Shown: positions 10,158-20,807 of the stretch, piece after piece
Position numbering within the stretch: position 1 is the first letter of the stretch
How the letters are laid out: every line of letters starts with the position of its first letter
Origin: an uncultured virus (IMG/VR IMGVR_UViG_2860837431_000002)
Lineage: Duplodnaviria; Heunggongvirae; Uroviricota; Caudoviricetes
IMG/VR virus record: IMGVR_UViG_2860837431_000002
Location: 1 to 64,000 of that record
Direction: 5' to 3' (one strand)
DNA: 64,000 nucleotides
Translations under genes and position numbers: made by a program
Notes under the pieces: generated by a model
Database searches by the model: none
What the model saw: only the letters and a program-made list of their open reading frames with translations
Told to the model about the DNA's origin: nothing

Positions 10158-10664
10158 CTATTCAAGATCAATTTTATAATCCTTGGTCACAGTATTTTTC
10201 GGTAAAAAGAAATCGTATGCGCTATCTTTAAACGGTGGAGATTCTCCAAACATGAACCTTACAAATTTATTCGAATATTCATAGACATACTTTTTCACAT
10301 ATGGATTTTTATAATCTCCTTCTTTCACTCTAGAAGCTTCTGCTTTAACTTTATGTACTGATTTAAATCCATGCTTTTCACTAACGAAATAGAAATATTG
10401 TGTATCGTCAATTATTCCTGAACCAAGTACAAAATTACCGCTGACATTCGAGGAGTCTTTAATTGAATAAACATTTACCTTTTCTTTTAATACTGCGTGA
10501 TGATTAAAGGGGAAAAACACCACAATTAGCCCAGCAAAAAATAGTACAACAAATGCAGCAACGAATCCACAGATTATAGATAAAATCAATTCTCCGTATG
10601 TATCTATTAAAACAAATATTGTTGTTATAACAAGCACAATTCCAGCCAATATCAATAATCCCAC
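10158..10664 (-). CDS. Membrane-anchored hypothetical protein
   Basis: Two N-terminal TM segments, 168 aa. Confidence 0.6.
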   Translation of the reverse strand: MGLLILAGIVLVITTIFVLIDTYGELILSIICGFVAAFVVLFFAGLIVVFFPFNHHAVLKEKVNVYSIKDSSNVSGNFVLGSGIIDDTQYFYFVSEKHGFKSVHKVKAEASRVKEGDYKNPYVKKYVYEYSNKFVRFMFGESPPFKDSAYDFFLPKNTVTKDYKIDLE

Positions 10665-10907
10665 TAAATTATCTCCTCCATTTTAACTTCATTTATTGTT
10701 GTTTGCTGAACGATTTCCCACTGTTCTAAATTTAAACTCCTTACTGTATGAGGAGAAATTTCATCACACCAGATAACTGGTGTACCAGTGTTGTCTTCAC
10801 TATCTCCATAAACTGTGTAATTGCAATTGGTTTCAAAACACCAATCGCCTTTTAGACATTTCAGTTTGTCACCAATCTTTATTAAAGACTTTTGTTCTTC
10901 TGTAATT

Positions 10908-11150
10908 TTAAACAACCTCCCTTACTAACTCATCAAGCTCATCAGGCTTAAAACCAATACTTCGGTTTACTTCCTCTCCTTGATCACTCAGCAAAATAGT
11001 TACCGGTACTCCCATAACACCAAATCTAGCTGCCACTTCTGGTTCCTGTGTAACGTCAACTGTCTCAAATTGAATATTTGCTTTTTCTAAGTAATTGGAC
11101 ACCATTTTACATGGATTGCAATTAGGCTGCTCTAATTTAATCAATCTCAT
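10908..11150 (-). CDS. yosR: NrdH/thioredoxin-like protein
   Basis: CNPC active site, GVPVT motif, 80 aa, directly after nrdF. Confidence 0.9.
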   Translation of the reverse strand: MRLIKLEQPNCNPCKMVSNYLEKANIQFETVDVTQEPEVAARFGVMGVPVTILLSDQGEEVNRSIGFKPDELDELVREVV

Positions 11151-11537
11151 TGCATACATCCTTTCTCGGTAAAAATGAAATCTGAATCCTTTAATGGTTC
11201 AACCGTTGCTTTTTTGTACCCGTTTCCTTTAGTTGAAAAGAAGTCATGGGATTTAGTCTTTGTACTCAATCCATTGAGAACAATTGGATTAACATCTTCC
11301 TCCTCGAACAGATGGTCGAATCCCAGATTGTTTAAAGCTTTATTTGCATTGTACCTGATGAATTTCTTCACATCTGGAGCTAAGCCAACCTGATCATAAA
11401 CATCTTCTGTATACTCCAATTCATTTTCATAAAGCTCCTGCAGTAAGCTTAGTGCCCATGCATACAGTTCTTTTTGCTTCTGAGGAGTTTGGTTCTTATA
11501 AATCTCCTGAGCTAACAATCCGACATATACGCCGTGT
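11147..11537 (-). CDS. nrdF: Class Ib RNR beta subunit, exon 2
   Basis: HGVYVG...[11 protein letters not shown]; joins exon 1 to give DEAIHGVYVG (334 aa total). Confidence 0.9.
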
Positions 11538-12525
11538 CCTTGATGTTCCCTTAAGTTCGCTATACTTAAAGCGTGGACTAACCACAGCTGCATGTCGCCA
11601 TGCAGAGCAGACTATATCACAATCCTAATTTAGGATTCCTACCGTTTCGATTTAAGGGATTCTCACCCACGCCAATCACTTGCGCCCTACTTCTGTTGCG
11701 GAATTCCACCGCCAATGGAATAGTCGTTGGGCATTTATCTAATCATCATTAAAATTGTTTTTATTTTATAAAGTATATGTTTGTTATTGAATCGTCTGAT
11801 GCAAGCTTTGATATTTTCTTCCTATCTATGCCCGTATGTAATTGAGCTTGCGAACAACTGCTGTATATTTGACCGCCAACGAAGACTTTTTTTGCTCTAG
11901 CATTATTTTCAATCATTTTCTTTATATGACTATCGCTCTTAGGGATACCTTTATTTCTCCCTTTGTTCTTTTTAGAAATAATCATTTTTGTTTTCTCAGA
12001 ATGTCGTCTTCCAAAGAAAGGATTTTTTTCTCCAATTAGCTTAGAGTGAACTTCACTTGCAACCTTTTTTGCATAATCAGATTGCGTGTATCCTTTATTT
12101 GAAAGCCCGCCGTCATTTAGGTTAAATCCACAATATTTACTGTTATAGTATGCAATGAAAAACTTCTCCATTTTTTCAGCAAGTTTGATGCTAGAACATT
12201 TGCATAATAAGTGATGTGTATACATATCAGTGCATTTATGCAAGTTAAAGTCTCTTTGCAATTTATGATTATGATGATAGTTTCCTTTTAAATAGCGAAT
12301 ATGTTGTTTAAATCTATCGTCAGCGTTGTTAACATTTTTGGTTAAGCCAATGTAAATCTTCTTATTTTGTTTATTCATTATCATATAGACATAATACAAG
12401 GCAACACTCCTAAATATTGAATTTAATGATGATTAGAATTTAGCAAAGGATTATCTTAGCTATAAGACTTCCCCTTTTTAGATAGGTTTTCATTTAACAT
12501 TACTGCTAAATGCCACTAGCACTTA
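11538..12525 (-). ncRNA. Group I intron in nrdF (988 nt) carrying a homing endonuclease
   Basis: 5' exon ends in U (GCC AT|) and intron ends in G (|A CAC); contains the GATATAGTCT S element; splicing restores the frame. Confidence 0.88.
11761..12399 (-). CDS. Intron-encoded GIY-YIG homing endonuclease with NUMOD3-like repeats
   Basis: YVY..N..N.KIYIG, R..QH, E, and GFN motifs; NPFFGRRHSEKTK. Confidence 0.88.
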   Translation of the reverse strand: MYYVYMIMNKQNKKIYIGLTKNVNNADDRFKQHIRYLKGNYHHNHKLQRDFNLHKCTDMYTHHLLCKCSSIKLAEKMEKFFIAYYNSKYCGFNLNDGGLSNKGYTQSDYAKKVASEVHSKLIGEKNPFFGRRHSEKTKMIISKKNKGRNKGIPKSDSHIKKMIENNARAKKVFVGGQIYSSCSQAQLHTGIDRKKISKLASDDSITNIYFIK

Positions 12526-13139
12526 ATGGCTTCGTCACGGATAATTAAATTCACAATTTCCCCGCTCTGCATGAGTTTCCCTTGTCCATAAAAGTAAAGT
12601 GGATAATAAAAACCTGAGTAGAAAAGGAAACTCTCCAGAAACACAGATGCAACCATTGCTTTGAATAGGGAAATGTCATCGTTTTTCTCAACTGCTTTAT
12701 AAATTGAAACAATTGTTCTTGCTTTCTTTTGAAGAAACCTATTGTTTTTCACCCATTCGAAGACTTCATTAATCTTCTCGGTTGGAGCCAAAGTTAGAAA
12801 GATGTTGCTGTAGGATTTCGCATGGACAGCGTTCTCCATCATGGCCATAAAGTTTAATACTGCTTTTCTTTGATGCCCTTCTACGTGCTCGGCCACAATC
12901 GGCATGCCAGTGTTCCCCTGCTCTGTGTCCAATAATGTAAGCCCGGCTAAAACTTTCATATAAGTGTCTTGTTCCTTTGTTCCAAGATACTTCCAAGTTA
13001 GAAGATCGCCGTTTAATGCGATCTCTTCCGGAAGCCAAAACTGCTTTACGTTTTGGTTGTAAAACATTTGGGTGAAATCATCTTCATGCTTTGACCAGTT
13101 TGCTGCCGTATACATCTTGTTTTTGTTTAGTTGTGACAA
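12526..13139 (-). CDS. nrdF: Class Ib RNR beta subunit, exon 1
   Basis: [36 protein letters not shown] motifs. Confidence 0.92.
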
Positions 13140-13255
13140 AAATGTGACCTCCTAGATATATTTCCTCCCTTAACACTTGTAAAATGAAGGAAATATTTTA
13201 TAAATGTTGTAAGTTTTATAATGCAACATATTCACTATTAAGGGAGGAATAAAAA

Positions 13256-13690
13256 TTGAAAAAGAAACTGATTATTGGTGCTTTGGTTTTAGGGCTAATG
13301 CCTACTATTGGTAATACTGCTGCTTCAGCTAAGCCGCTTCAAAATCCTCTGAAAGTCATAAATCCTTTAGCAGATGATAGGTGTAAAGGCGGTGGCACTC
13401 TAATTTGTGAAACTGGTATATTTTCAGCTAAAGGAACCTTTTATTTCGATTATTATGGAAGTGAAGACGACCAAATCAGAATTTACATTGCGAATGATGG
13501 AGCCTACCCTTTTGAGTACAGAATTACGAACCCTGACGGCAAGAGAATAGCAGACGGTATTACAGTGAAACCAGGAAAGTTCAAAGAAACAACCTTTTAC
13601 GTAAAAGATATAGAAGGTTCTTATAAAGTCCGTGTAACTAATGATGACGGTGAAGATATTAAGGCTTTTGTTAAAGCAAGGGGACTTTAA
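13256..13690 (+). CDS. Secreted beta-rich protein inserted between nrdE and nrdF
   Basis: GGGAGG RBS, Sec signal peptide ending ASA, downstream hairpin. Confidence 0.75.
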   Translation: MKKKLIIGALVLGLMPTIGNTAASAKPLQNPLKVINPLADDRCKGGGTLICETGIFSAKGTFYFDYYGSEDDQIRIYIANDGAYPFEYRITNPDGKRIADGITVKPGKFKETTFYVKDIEGSYKVRVTNDDGEDIKAFVKARGL

Positions 13691-13741
13691 TTAAAAACCC
13701 AGGAGTCAGACAGAGTTACATATGCTGACTCCTTTATTTGT

Positions 13742-15121
13742 TTAAACAACACATGACAAGCAACTATCCTGCCCAGTATCCTTTGTCCGCGCATAATACA
13801 GCGTCTTAATTCCTTTGTAATGCGCATATAAGTCAATCCGGTTTAAATCTCTTGTCGTCATCGTATCCTTCAAGAACAGCGTAAACGAAATGCCTTGATC
13901 GACGTGCTGCTGAATAGTTGCAATTAGATCAACTACCTTAAACATATCCATGTCGTACGCTTCCTTATAGAAGAACCAATTCTGAGCCGATAAACCTGGC
14001 ATTGGATAATATGTCTTACTGTTTCCGTATGTACGTTCCTCAATTCTCTCCATAATAGGCATTACACCGGCCGTAGATGATTGAACATATGAGATGCTTC
14101 CAGTAGGTGCAACAGCTTGCCTGTATGAATGATACAAGCCATATTTCATAACATTCTCTTTAAGCTTCATCCAATCTTCAATGTTAGGAATATGTTGATC
14201 TCCAAACAGGTTTTTAACCTTTTCATATTTAGGGCTATAATCATTTGTTACGTACTTATCAAAATACGCGCCTGATTTGTAGGTTGATCCATCAAACTTG
14301 TAGTACGTTTCCCCTGTTTCTCTTGCAATTTCCATTGAACGCTGCAGGGAGTAAAAGTTAACCATCATAAAGTATGTATTTGCAAAGTCTTTTGCTTCTT
14401 CACTTTCATAAGCAATTTTATTTTGAGCTAGAAAACCGTGCAGGTTCATCTGCCCTAGACCAATTGATCTCATTAGTGTATTTGCTCTCGCAACTGCTGG
14501 AGCATTTACAATGTTTGTTTTCCTTGTGACAGTTGTCAATGAGTCAATTGCTATTCTTACTGTTGAAGCAATTGATTGATTACTCATTACATTTACAATG
14601 TTCATTGAGCCAAGATTGCAGGAGATATCTAAACCAATTTCATCCTCTTTATCGTAATCCGTATACACTGATACTTGTGATGATTGGAGGACTTCAGAAC
14701 ACAAATTTGAAAACTTCACTTTTGAAATATGTTCATTTGGATGCACTTTATTTACATTGTCAGCGAACATAATATACGGATAGCCTGATTCGCTTCTTAG
14801 AATGGCCAATTGCTCTAACAGCTTTCGAGTATTCCCTTTAGCTTTTCTAACCCTAGGGTTTTCAACAAGCTCATCATACATTTCATTAATATCCATCTCA
14901 TCAAGATACTGCCCATATTCCTTATATACTGAATGCGGATAGAACTTGTAATAATCCTTGTCTTCCCTTGCAAGTTCAATAAATTTATCAGGAACAACTA
15001 CACCAATAGACAGTGTTTTAACTCTGACATCTTCATCAGCACTTATTTTTTTGGTATCCAGGAAGTCTGTAATGTCTGGATGGAATACACTTAGATAAAC
15101 TGCTCCTGATCCTTGTCTTTG
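13742..15121 (-). CDS. nrdE: Class Ib RNR alpha subunit, exon 2
   Basis: QRQGSG, SNLCSE, APTGSIS, KTLYY motifs; C-terminal CLSCVV. Confidence 0.93.
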   Translation of the reverse strand, partial: QRQGSGAVYLSVFHPDITDFLDTKKISADEDVRVKTLSIGVVVPDKFIELAREDKDYYKFYPHSVYKEYGQYLDEMDINEMYDELVENPRVRKAKGNTRKLLEQLAILRSESGYPYIMFADNVNKVHPNEHISKVKFSNLCSEVLQSSQVSVYTDYDKEDEIGLDISCNLGSMNIVNVMSNQSIASTVRIAIDSLTTVTRKTNIVNAPAVARANTLMRSIGLGQMNLHGFLAQNKIAYESEEAKDFANTYFMMVNFYSLQRSMEIARETGETYYKFDGSTYKSGAYFDKYVTNDYSPKYEKVKNLFGDQHIPNIEDWMKLKENVMKYGLYHSYRQAVAPTGSISYVQSSTAGVMPIMERIEERTYGNSKTYYPMPGLSAQNWFFYKEAYDMDMFKVVDLIATIQQHVDQGISFTLFLKDTMTTRDLNRIDLYAHYKGIKTLYYARTKDTGQDSCLSCVV

Positions 15122-15373
15122 CAGACCATTCAAACGTGTTCGCTAAGCACGCCCCGCCATATGGCTGCTTCATGTTACCATGAAGGTTAGACTATATCTT
15201 CACCCTCTAAGGGTGCCTCCTGTTTCGACTGCCAATAGCTTGCAGCCTACGCCTTTCGGCTAGTCGTTGCACGTTCAAGACTTAGTCTTGCTTCGCTCAT
15301 GATTGTCCCTGTAGGAGTTCCCATGAATTAAAGAGGTTTTCGATCACCATTGCTGATGAAAGGGGCCAAATCA
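15122..15373 (-). ncRNA. ORF-less group I intron in nrdE (252 nt)
   Basis: GGT|UGA...CUG|CAA boundaries; AAGATATAGTCT element; splicing gives DQMGQRQG and a 699-aa NrdE. Confidence 0.9.
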
Positions 15374-16093
15374 ACCCATTTGGTCGGCATATCTGAAGGC
15401 ATTATCTAGAAGTTTCATAACACCTACGACACCTTTGGTCGCATTCTCTACGTCTTTAATCGCTTCACCTTTGGCTCTTAGTTTGTTTAGATTTAATGCT
15501 ACTCCTCCACCTAGCTTAGAAAGCTGCATGGAGATATCAATAGCACGTGAAATATCATTCAAACTGTCGCCTACTTCAAGTAAGAAGCAGCTCACCATTT
15601 CACCTCTTCGCTTACGTCCAGCATTAAGGAATGCAGGTGTTGCCGGCTGATACTCTTGTTTCATCATAGTATGTACTTCCTCAACTGCTTTCTCGTAATC
15701 ACCATCCGCGCAATACAAAGCCACAATTGAGACACGATCCTCGTACCTCTCCAGGATCTTTGTTTTATCATTTGTTTTCAATGCGTAGTCATTGTAGAAC
15801 TTAAACGCACTCATAAAAGATGGGAATCTGAATTTGTAACTGTAAGCAATCTTATAAATTGATTTAATCTGTTCAAATGTATATTTGCTTAAGAATTCTT
15901 CTTCGTAATAATCATTTTTAATCAAATAATCAAGTTTCTCTTTTAGATCATGGAAAAAGACTGTGTTTTGATTTATGTAATCAACAAAGTAACTATGTAC
16001 TGCCTCCTTATCCTTCTCAAATTGAAACTTACCGTCTTTCTGAATCATGATCTCATTATTGAGCTTGATCCACTTTGGTATTGTGTTTGTCAA
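15374..16093 (-). CDS. nrdE: Class Ib RNR alpha subunit, exon 1
   Basis: TTG start after AGGAGG; QPATP.FLNAG, VSCF and GGGV motifs. Confidence 0.92.
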
Positions 16094-16451
16094 TAAGTTG
16101 TACCTCCTGAATGATCTTTTGTAAGTCATGTTTCGTTCCACTTAGTTCAAATTTTAATAACAATGGTGTGTGGAACTTAGCTGAAAGCTTGTCTCCAGCT
16201 AAACCATAGTTATCACCCCAAAACTTGTTACCACTAACGACAACTCCTCTTATTTTATTTTTATTCTTATTGATAAAACTCAAAGTCCTTTTAGGTACTT
16301 CCCCAAAGCCTATCGTATATGTAATATGTATGAACTCTTGAGTGATGATCGTATCATCAGTTATTTCAATTGCCTCAATGTCTAACTCTTGTTGCAACGC
16401 TTTTACAAACCTTCTTACATTGCCAGTTTTACTCTCATATGTAATGATCAC
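16056..16451 (-). CDS. nrdI: NrdI flavodoxin
   Basis: YESKTGNV, TYTIGFG, SGNKFWG and KFELSG motifs. Confidence 0.93.
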   Translation of the reverse strand: MIITYESKTGNVRRFVKALQQELDIEAIEITDDTIITQEFIHITYTIGFGEVPKRTLSFINKNKNKIRGVVVSGNKFWGDNYGLAGDKLSAKFHTPLLLKFELSGTKHDLQKIIQEVQLIDKHNTKVDQAQ

Positions 16452-16798
16452 TAATCGTTATATGCTCCTGTAATTAATCTTGTAGTTGCAGATTCAGCTT
16501 CATTTTCAACATGGTAATATGCTTCAGCTATTTCACTATTAATAGCTCCCATCTCAGCATAACCTTTGGCCATTTGAGCCTCATATGGAGACAACTCCTC
16601 TAATTCAACAGGGATATAGTTATCCTTTTGGCTTTGAGGAATAACCATTTGGTATCCTTCTAAGTCAGTTGCAATAAGCTCTCCCTTAAATACTGTAAAT
16701 GATTCACCATTTTGCATATGTATCTTCTTATTTTCTTTTGCTTCTTCCATAGTCACCAGATCATTACGCTTTACGTATAACTGTCTAGCTGCCCCCAT
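16451..16798 (-). CDS. yosL: YosL, MazE-mimic antitoxin-like protein
   Basis: C-terminus MAKGYAEMGAINSEIAE resembles Bacillus MazE (MRRGYMEMAKIN); synteny. Confidence 0.75.
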   Translation of the reverse strand: MGAARQLYVKRNDLVTMEEAKENKKIHMQNGESFTVFKGELIATDLEGYQMVIPQSQKDNYIPVELEELSPYEAQMAKGYAEMGAINSEIAEAYYHVENEAESATTRLITGAYND

Positions 16799-16848
16799 TT
16801 TACATCTCCTTATTATTTGTTTTTATTTTGAATAAAGCTGTGATTTTA

Positions 16849-17049
16849 TCAAGATTTTTTGTTTGGCCATCCTTCGCCAAGAAGCTTTTTAGCCCCTTCA
16901 ACATCTGTGAATCTCTCAATCTTGTGTCTATAATCATCGATCCACCGGTAAACACATACAGCATTTTCTTCTACTTTCATGACAGTGTATTGCTGCATAG
17001 GATCTTCTAAAAGGTGAAGCTTCTGATCTTTATAAAATCCTGGAATCAT
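16849..17049 (-). CDS. YosK-like hypothetical protein
   Basis: 66 aa, RBS, synteny. Confidence 0.55.
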   Translation of the reverse strand: MIPGFYKDQKLHLLEDPMQQYTVMKVEENAVCVYRWIDDYRHKIERFTDVEGAKKLLGEGWPNKKS

Positions 17050-17228
17050 ATAATATCCTCCTCTTCTTTTATTGAATTTCTCTTACTTCATGCGGTACTC
17101 CGCTTTCTTCTTGAGCATAGACAGCATCATTATGAGCCTCAATTGCATCATCATAAGTGTTAACAAGTGTTCCCATGCAAAAAAGTCCGTATTTTTTATT
17201 CATTTTCATCATCCTTTTGATTTATTTT

Positions 17229-17494
17229 TTAAAGTAAACTTCCGTCCATAATCAAAACTCTTTCTTCATTACTTTGAAGTTCTTCGAGAACGTCTGATAT
17301 TGGGGACAGTTCTTGATCCTCGGTTACTGTTCGACTGTGTTTAACTGCTGCGTACAACATACCAACTTCTTTGATCTCATCTCTTAAGTTCCCGTCATCG
17401 TCCGCAACTTCTTCTGTATATAGCTTCAATGCTTTTTCCTTTGTATTAGCTTTAATTAATGCATAATATGGGTCACACACCTCAAAAATTTCAT
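17229..17494 (-). pseudogene. Hypothetical gene with apparent -1 frameshift near the start
   Basis: RBS-linked ATG AAA TTT TT GAG is one T short of the frame of the 83-aa ORF. Confidence 0.45.
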
Positions 17495-17510
17495 GTTATT
17501 ACATCAACTC

Positions 17511-17723
17511 CTAATTTATTTTTGTGAACCTTTTTATCTCTTTTCCATCAACAACAACTGTTCCAAAGAACATGTCTTTAGGCCTTGCCCACAGAATGCC
17601 ATCCATATCTTCATATGTAACAAGTTTCTCTTCTGTCTCAGTATGAATTACCTCTCCAATACCCTTATATAGACCACCTTTATAATGTCTAAACCGGCAA
17701 CCAACCACTTCGTATGTATCCAT
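17511..17723 (-). CDS. DUF1653-family protein
   Basis: FRHYKGGLY...HTETEE.LV.Y...WARP..MF signature. Confidence 0.8.
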   Translation of the reverse strand: MDTYEVVGCRFRHYKGGLYKGIGEVIHTETEEKLVTYEDMDGILWARPKDMFFGTVVVDGKEIKRFTKIN

Positions 17724-17971
17724 TCGATTGCTCCTTATTTAAACTTCTTCCAAGTGAAACAATAAAGCATCCTCATAAAAGTCCACTTGAATCTCATTTC
17801 CAGTATCTTCTCCAGTAATTGTGCACCTAAAAGGAGTATCCCCATAAAAATCAAGTTGCTCCTGTAATACCTTGATAACTTCACTGATTTTTGGATTAAT
17901 TAATTTGCCTTCATTTGCGATATACACCTTATTGTTACTCCTCTCCTTAACTCTTTAAAATCATCCTTTTA

Positions 17972-18289
17972 TTAAAAACTTATAAACTTGACCTTTGGGA
18001 CATAAACTTCAAACTCTAATTTCGAAAATGTATTTGTGCTTAGGTCTTTAACAAATACAACATCGATGGATTTTTCTTCTTTGTTAGTTGCTATTCTTAA
18101 TACATATCTATGATTCTTTTTTAAAAGTGGGCAATTCCCTAACCCTAATATTTGCTTAGTTTCAAGAAAGATGCTTTCTCCTTCTTCAGTCAACTTTGCA
18201 TCTTTAATATCAAAAACAACTTTTTCTTCATCTGGCAAATAGTCATTTTCTTGTAAGTAAGATAATCTAATATTTTTAATCTTCATCAT
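17972..18289 (-). CDS. Hypothetical protein (single-gene cassette)
   Basis: Bounded by sites 17955 and 18313. Confidence 0.6.
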   Translation of the reverse strand: MMKIKNIRLSYLQENDYLPDEEKVVFDIKDAKLTEEGESIFLETKQILGLGNCPLLKKNHRYVLRIATNKEEKSIDVVFVKDLSTNTFSKLEFEVYVPKVKFISF

Positions 18290-18338
18290 TTAAGTTTCTC
18301 TCCTTTTTGTCTATAAAATAAAACTTTTATTTAGATCT

Positions 18339-18761
18339 CTAAATCTCATCGGCTATAATGAATCCCCAGAGACGTTTCCACCAGGATTTTTTACTCACTT
18401 CATTTTGTTCAACGATACGATGATTCTCTTGTCTAACACGCTGTTGCCATTCTTCTTCAAGTTTCGTTTGCTCCTGAATGGCTCTTTCAAGGCTTTCTTT
18501 GTCTTCGATTGTTTTAATGATCTTATCAGTCTGATACGTCCATTCATTATTGGTGTTCCGCTGCCTATCAGTAACAACTACATATTCATTAAAACCAGGA
18601 ATGAATACTTTGCCTCCAATTTCAATCGGCTCTAAATCAATATTCCCTTCGAAGAAACAGTTGAATTCAATTTTTTCGTTTTCAGAAAAACGACCGAGTG
18701 CATCCAATCCATAAGATTTCTTAATTATCTTGCCTTCAAACTTAGCTTGATGTCTGCCCAC
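18339..18761 (-). CDS. YosD-like hypothetical protein
   Basis: GGAGG RBS, GTG start; recalled similarity. Confidence 0.55.
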   Translation of the reverse strand: MGRHQAKFEGKIIKKSYGLDALGRFSENEKIEFNCFFEGNIDLEPIEIGGKVFIPGFNEYVVVTDRQRNTNNEWTYQTDKIIKTIEDKESLERAIQEQTKLEEEWQQRVRQENHRIVEQNEVSKKSWWKRLWGFIIADEI

Positions 18762-18773
18762 TTATTCACCTCC

Positions 18774-19094
18774 TTAAATATAGCTCCCCATTTCATATTC
18801 TGTTATGATTCCTTGTTCAATAAAATCCTTCATAATTTCTTGGACTTTATCATGTATGATATATGGAAATTCAAGCTGTTCTCTTGTATAAGCTTCCATG
18901 TAGTATTGATAATCATATGGCTGTAAGTATCTTTCATCTAATACGTCAATTTCACCCTTGAGGCTCTTTTTATGTATTGTTAAATTAAATGTGAAGTTAG
19001 GTTGAATTGACTTTATGAAGTACCACTTTGATTTCACGTGATTCGTAAAACCAATATCCCTCATTTGTTTATCTTCAAGAATATGAAACTTCAT
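18774..19094 (-). CDS. Hypothetical phage protein
   Basis: 106-aa ORF with RBS. Confidence 0.6.
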   Translation of the reverse strand: MKFHILEDKQMRDIGFTNHVKSKWYFIKSIQPNFTFNLTIHKKSLKGEIDVLDERYLQPYDYQYYMEAYTREQLEFPYIIHDKVQEIMKDFIEQGIITEYEMGSYI

Positions 19095-19530
19095 TATCTT
19101 CCCTCATTGATGATTTTCTTTAATGCTTTTAGAAGCATATTTAGTGATTTCTTGTCACCCATTTCATCCCGATTGACTTCAATAAAGTGAACTGCTGACG
19201 TTAATTTATCCTGCATTTCAGTTGCTCCTTTCACGATAAAAATTGAATTTTATTTAGATTACTTCATAATGCGTTTGTGATATTCCATAATCATTTCCTT
19301 TGCAAAAAACCGTTCCAGTTTCTCGTGCAACCACCTCTTTAACTACCCATTCGCTTCCAACGGGATAGATAATGTGCCCCCAATAACCTTGCACTTCCTT
19401 TGTGACTCTAATTTTGTCTCCTTTTTTGGCACTCATATTGATTCTCTTCCACCCCATTATTTGTTTTGATTTGTCGTATACTGCGCTTGCCCGGGAAATT
19501 ATGAATATTTCTTTGAGATTTATTTCCCTT

Positions 19531-19710
19531 TTATAGATCCACCAACATCAGACCGTCTAACCCATACACCTTGTCTCTTTCAGTTAACTTTCCATTCTCT
19601 CTCATTATCTTCAATGCATTTTCTGCTTGTTTACGGTTTGAATAAATATGTGGGTGGTAACCATAAAGGTATTTCCCCTCACTCTTTGCAGCAATTACGA
19701 ACATGTTCAT
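19531..19710 (-). CDS. YosB-like 59-aa protein
   Basis: Manual translation [17 protein letters not shown]...LVDL; AGGAG RBS. Confidence 0.55.
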   Translation of the reverse strand: MNMFVIAAKSEGKYLYGYHPHIYSNRKQAENALKIMRENGKLTERDKVYGLDGLMLVDL

Positions 19711-19836
19711 TTATCATCTCTCCTTATCTCTCTTAAATTTAGACAAAAACTTCATTTTTTCTTATATAGACTTAAATCCATGTCGAAATATATCGTTCCG
19801 CATATCATGTTCTATCTCCCTAAAGGAGGTGGAAAT

Positions 19837-19986
19837 ATGGGATTCTTCGGTGGATACTCTAACGGAAATAGCGGTTACTCAAACGGTTATGGCAGCTCCT
19901 TCGCTTTGATCGTGGTGCTATTCATTTTGTTAATCATTGTTGGAGCTTCTTTCTTTGGTGGTTATCCAGAGGGTGTTCCAATCTAG
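19837..19986 (+). CDS. yosA: YjcZ/SscA-family sporulation peptide
   Basis: Gly/Tyr-rich N-terminus plus [26 protein letters not shown]. Confidence 0.85.
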   Translation: MGFFGGYSNGNSGYSNGYGSSFALIVVLFILLIIVGASFFGGYPEGVPI

Positions 19987-20321
19987 TTTGGTATAAGCAC
20001 CTCCCTGTTCGACAGACGCCATAAGAATTTTTTATGGCGTTTTTAATTTTGAAAACAAATCACGATAAAAGGAATATTTTATCCTCTTATTTTTCATTTG
20101 TTATTTAATCCTAAATGTTCTAATGTCTTCTTAACACTTAAATTGCTGCATTCATTTTTCACTTTATCGGAATAACCCTTTGCACAACCTTCACAACAAT
20201 TGAAGTCTACATAAGTTTTTTCATCGCTGATCCTAAGACAAATTGTTTTTCCGCTTATGTACTCTTTACAGATGTCACATATGTGATTCATTAACACTCT
20301 CCTTTGTCTTAATGTAAATTT

Positions 20322-20350
20322 ATTATATACATATTATTTGTATTTGTCTA
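20322..20350 (-). promoter_or_regulatory. sigma-A promoter with SPBRE-like operator
   Basis: TAGACA-N17-TATAAT with the ATACATATTATTTGTATTTG element. Confidence 0.7.
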
Positions 20351-20540
20351 TCGGTTTTTAAATAATTTCTTTAATATTTTTCAGCTTTGCAAAAACAGAC
20401 ATTATATCTTTATCACACCGCTCCCAAACACGCTTTTCTTCAGGCCTTAAAGTGTTTTCTAAATAAACATAGAGTTTATCTAATACTTCTTCGGCAGCAT
20501 CAATGTCATCAATAACAATATCCTTAATGATATCCTCTCC

Positions 20541-20768
20541 CTATGAAAATATGGTAATGGCTTTTCCATTGTCATTTTTTATGTATGGAGAATATTTTCG
20601 CTCTAGATAATTCCTTGACTTTCCTTCTCCCAGACTTACATTATAAATATCCCTTACCTCATGTACTTCGTATGCTTGTTCTTTTGCATGTTCAGGTGAT
20701 AGCGCCTCAATAACTAGAGACGCATTTTCACCTTTGCTGTCTTTACACCTTACATAATACTTTTTCAA
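20541..20768 (-). CDS. YorX-like protein
   Basis: 75 aa, synteny. Confidence 0.55.
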   Translation of the reverse strand: MKKYYVRCKDSKGENASLVIEALSPEHAKEQAYEVHEVRDIYNVSLGEGKSRNYLERKYSPYIKNDNGKAITIFS

Positions 20769-20807
20769 TAAACATCCCTTTATCCTTTCATTTTTTCTTG
20801 AAACAAT

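Noticed and set aside
11147..11593. Track ORF starts for nrdF exon 2 (11593) and nrdE exon 2 (15133)
   Set aside because: These starts lie within intron sequence; the true exon boundaries are 11537 and 15121.
16832..16849. ATAAAGCTGT shared between this site and the att core (410-419)
   Set aside because: Only 10 AT-rich bases match and the flanking att symmetry is absent. It is probably coincidence, not a secondary att site.
19698..19710. GAACATGTTC as a LexA box
   Set aside because: The spacer is 2 bp, not 4, and it lies at a gene start.
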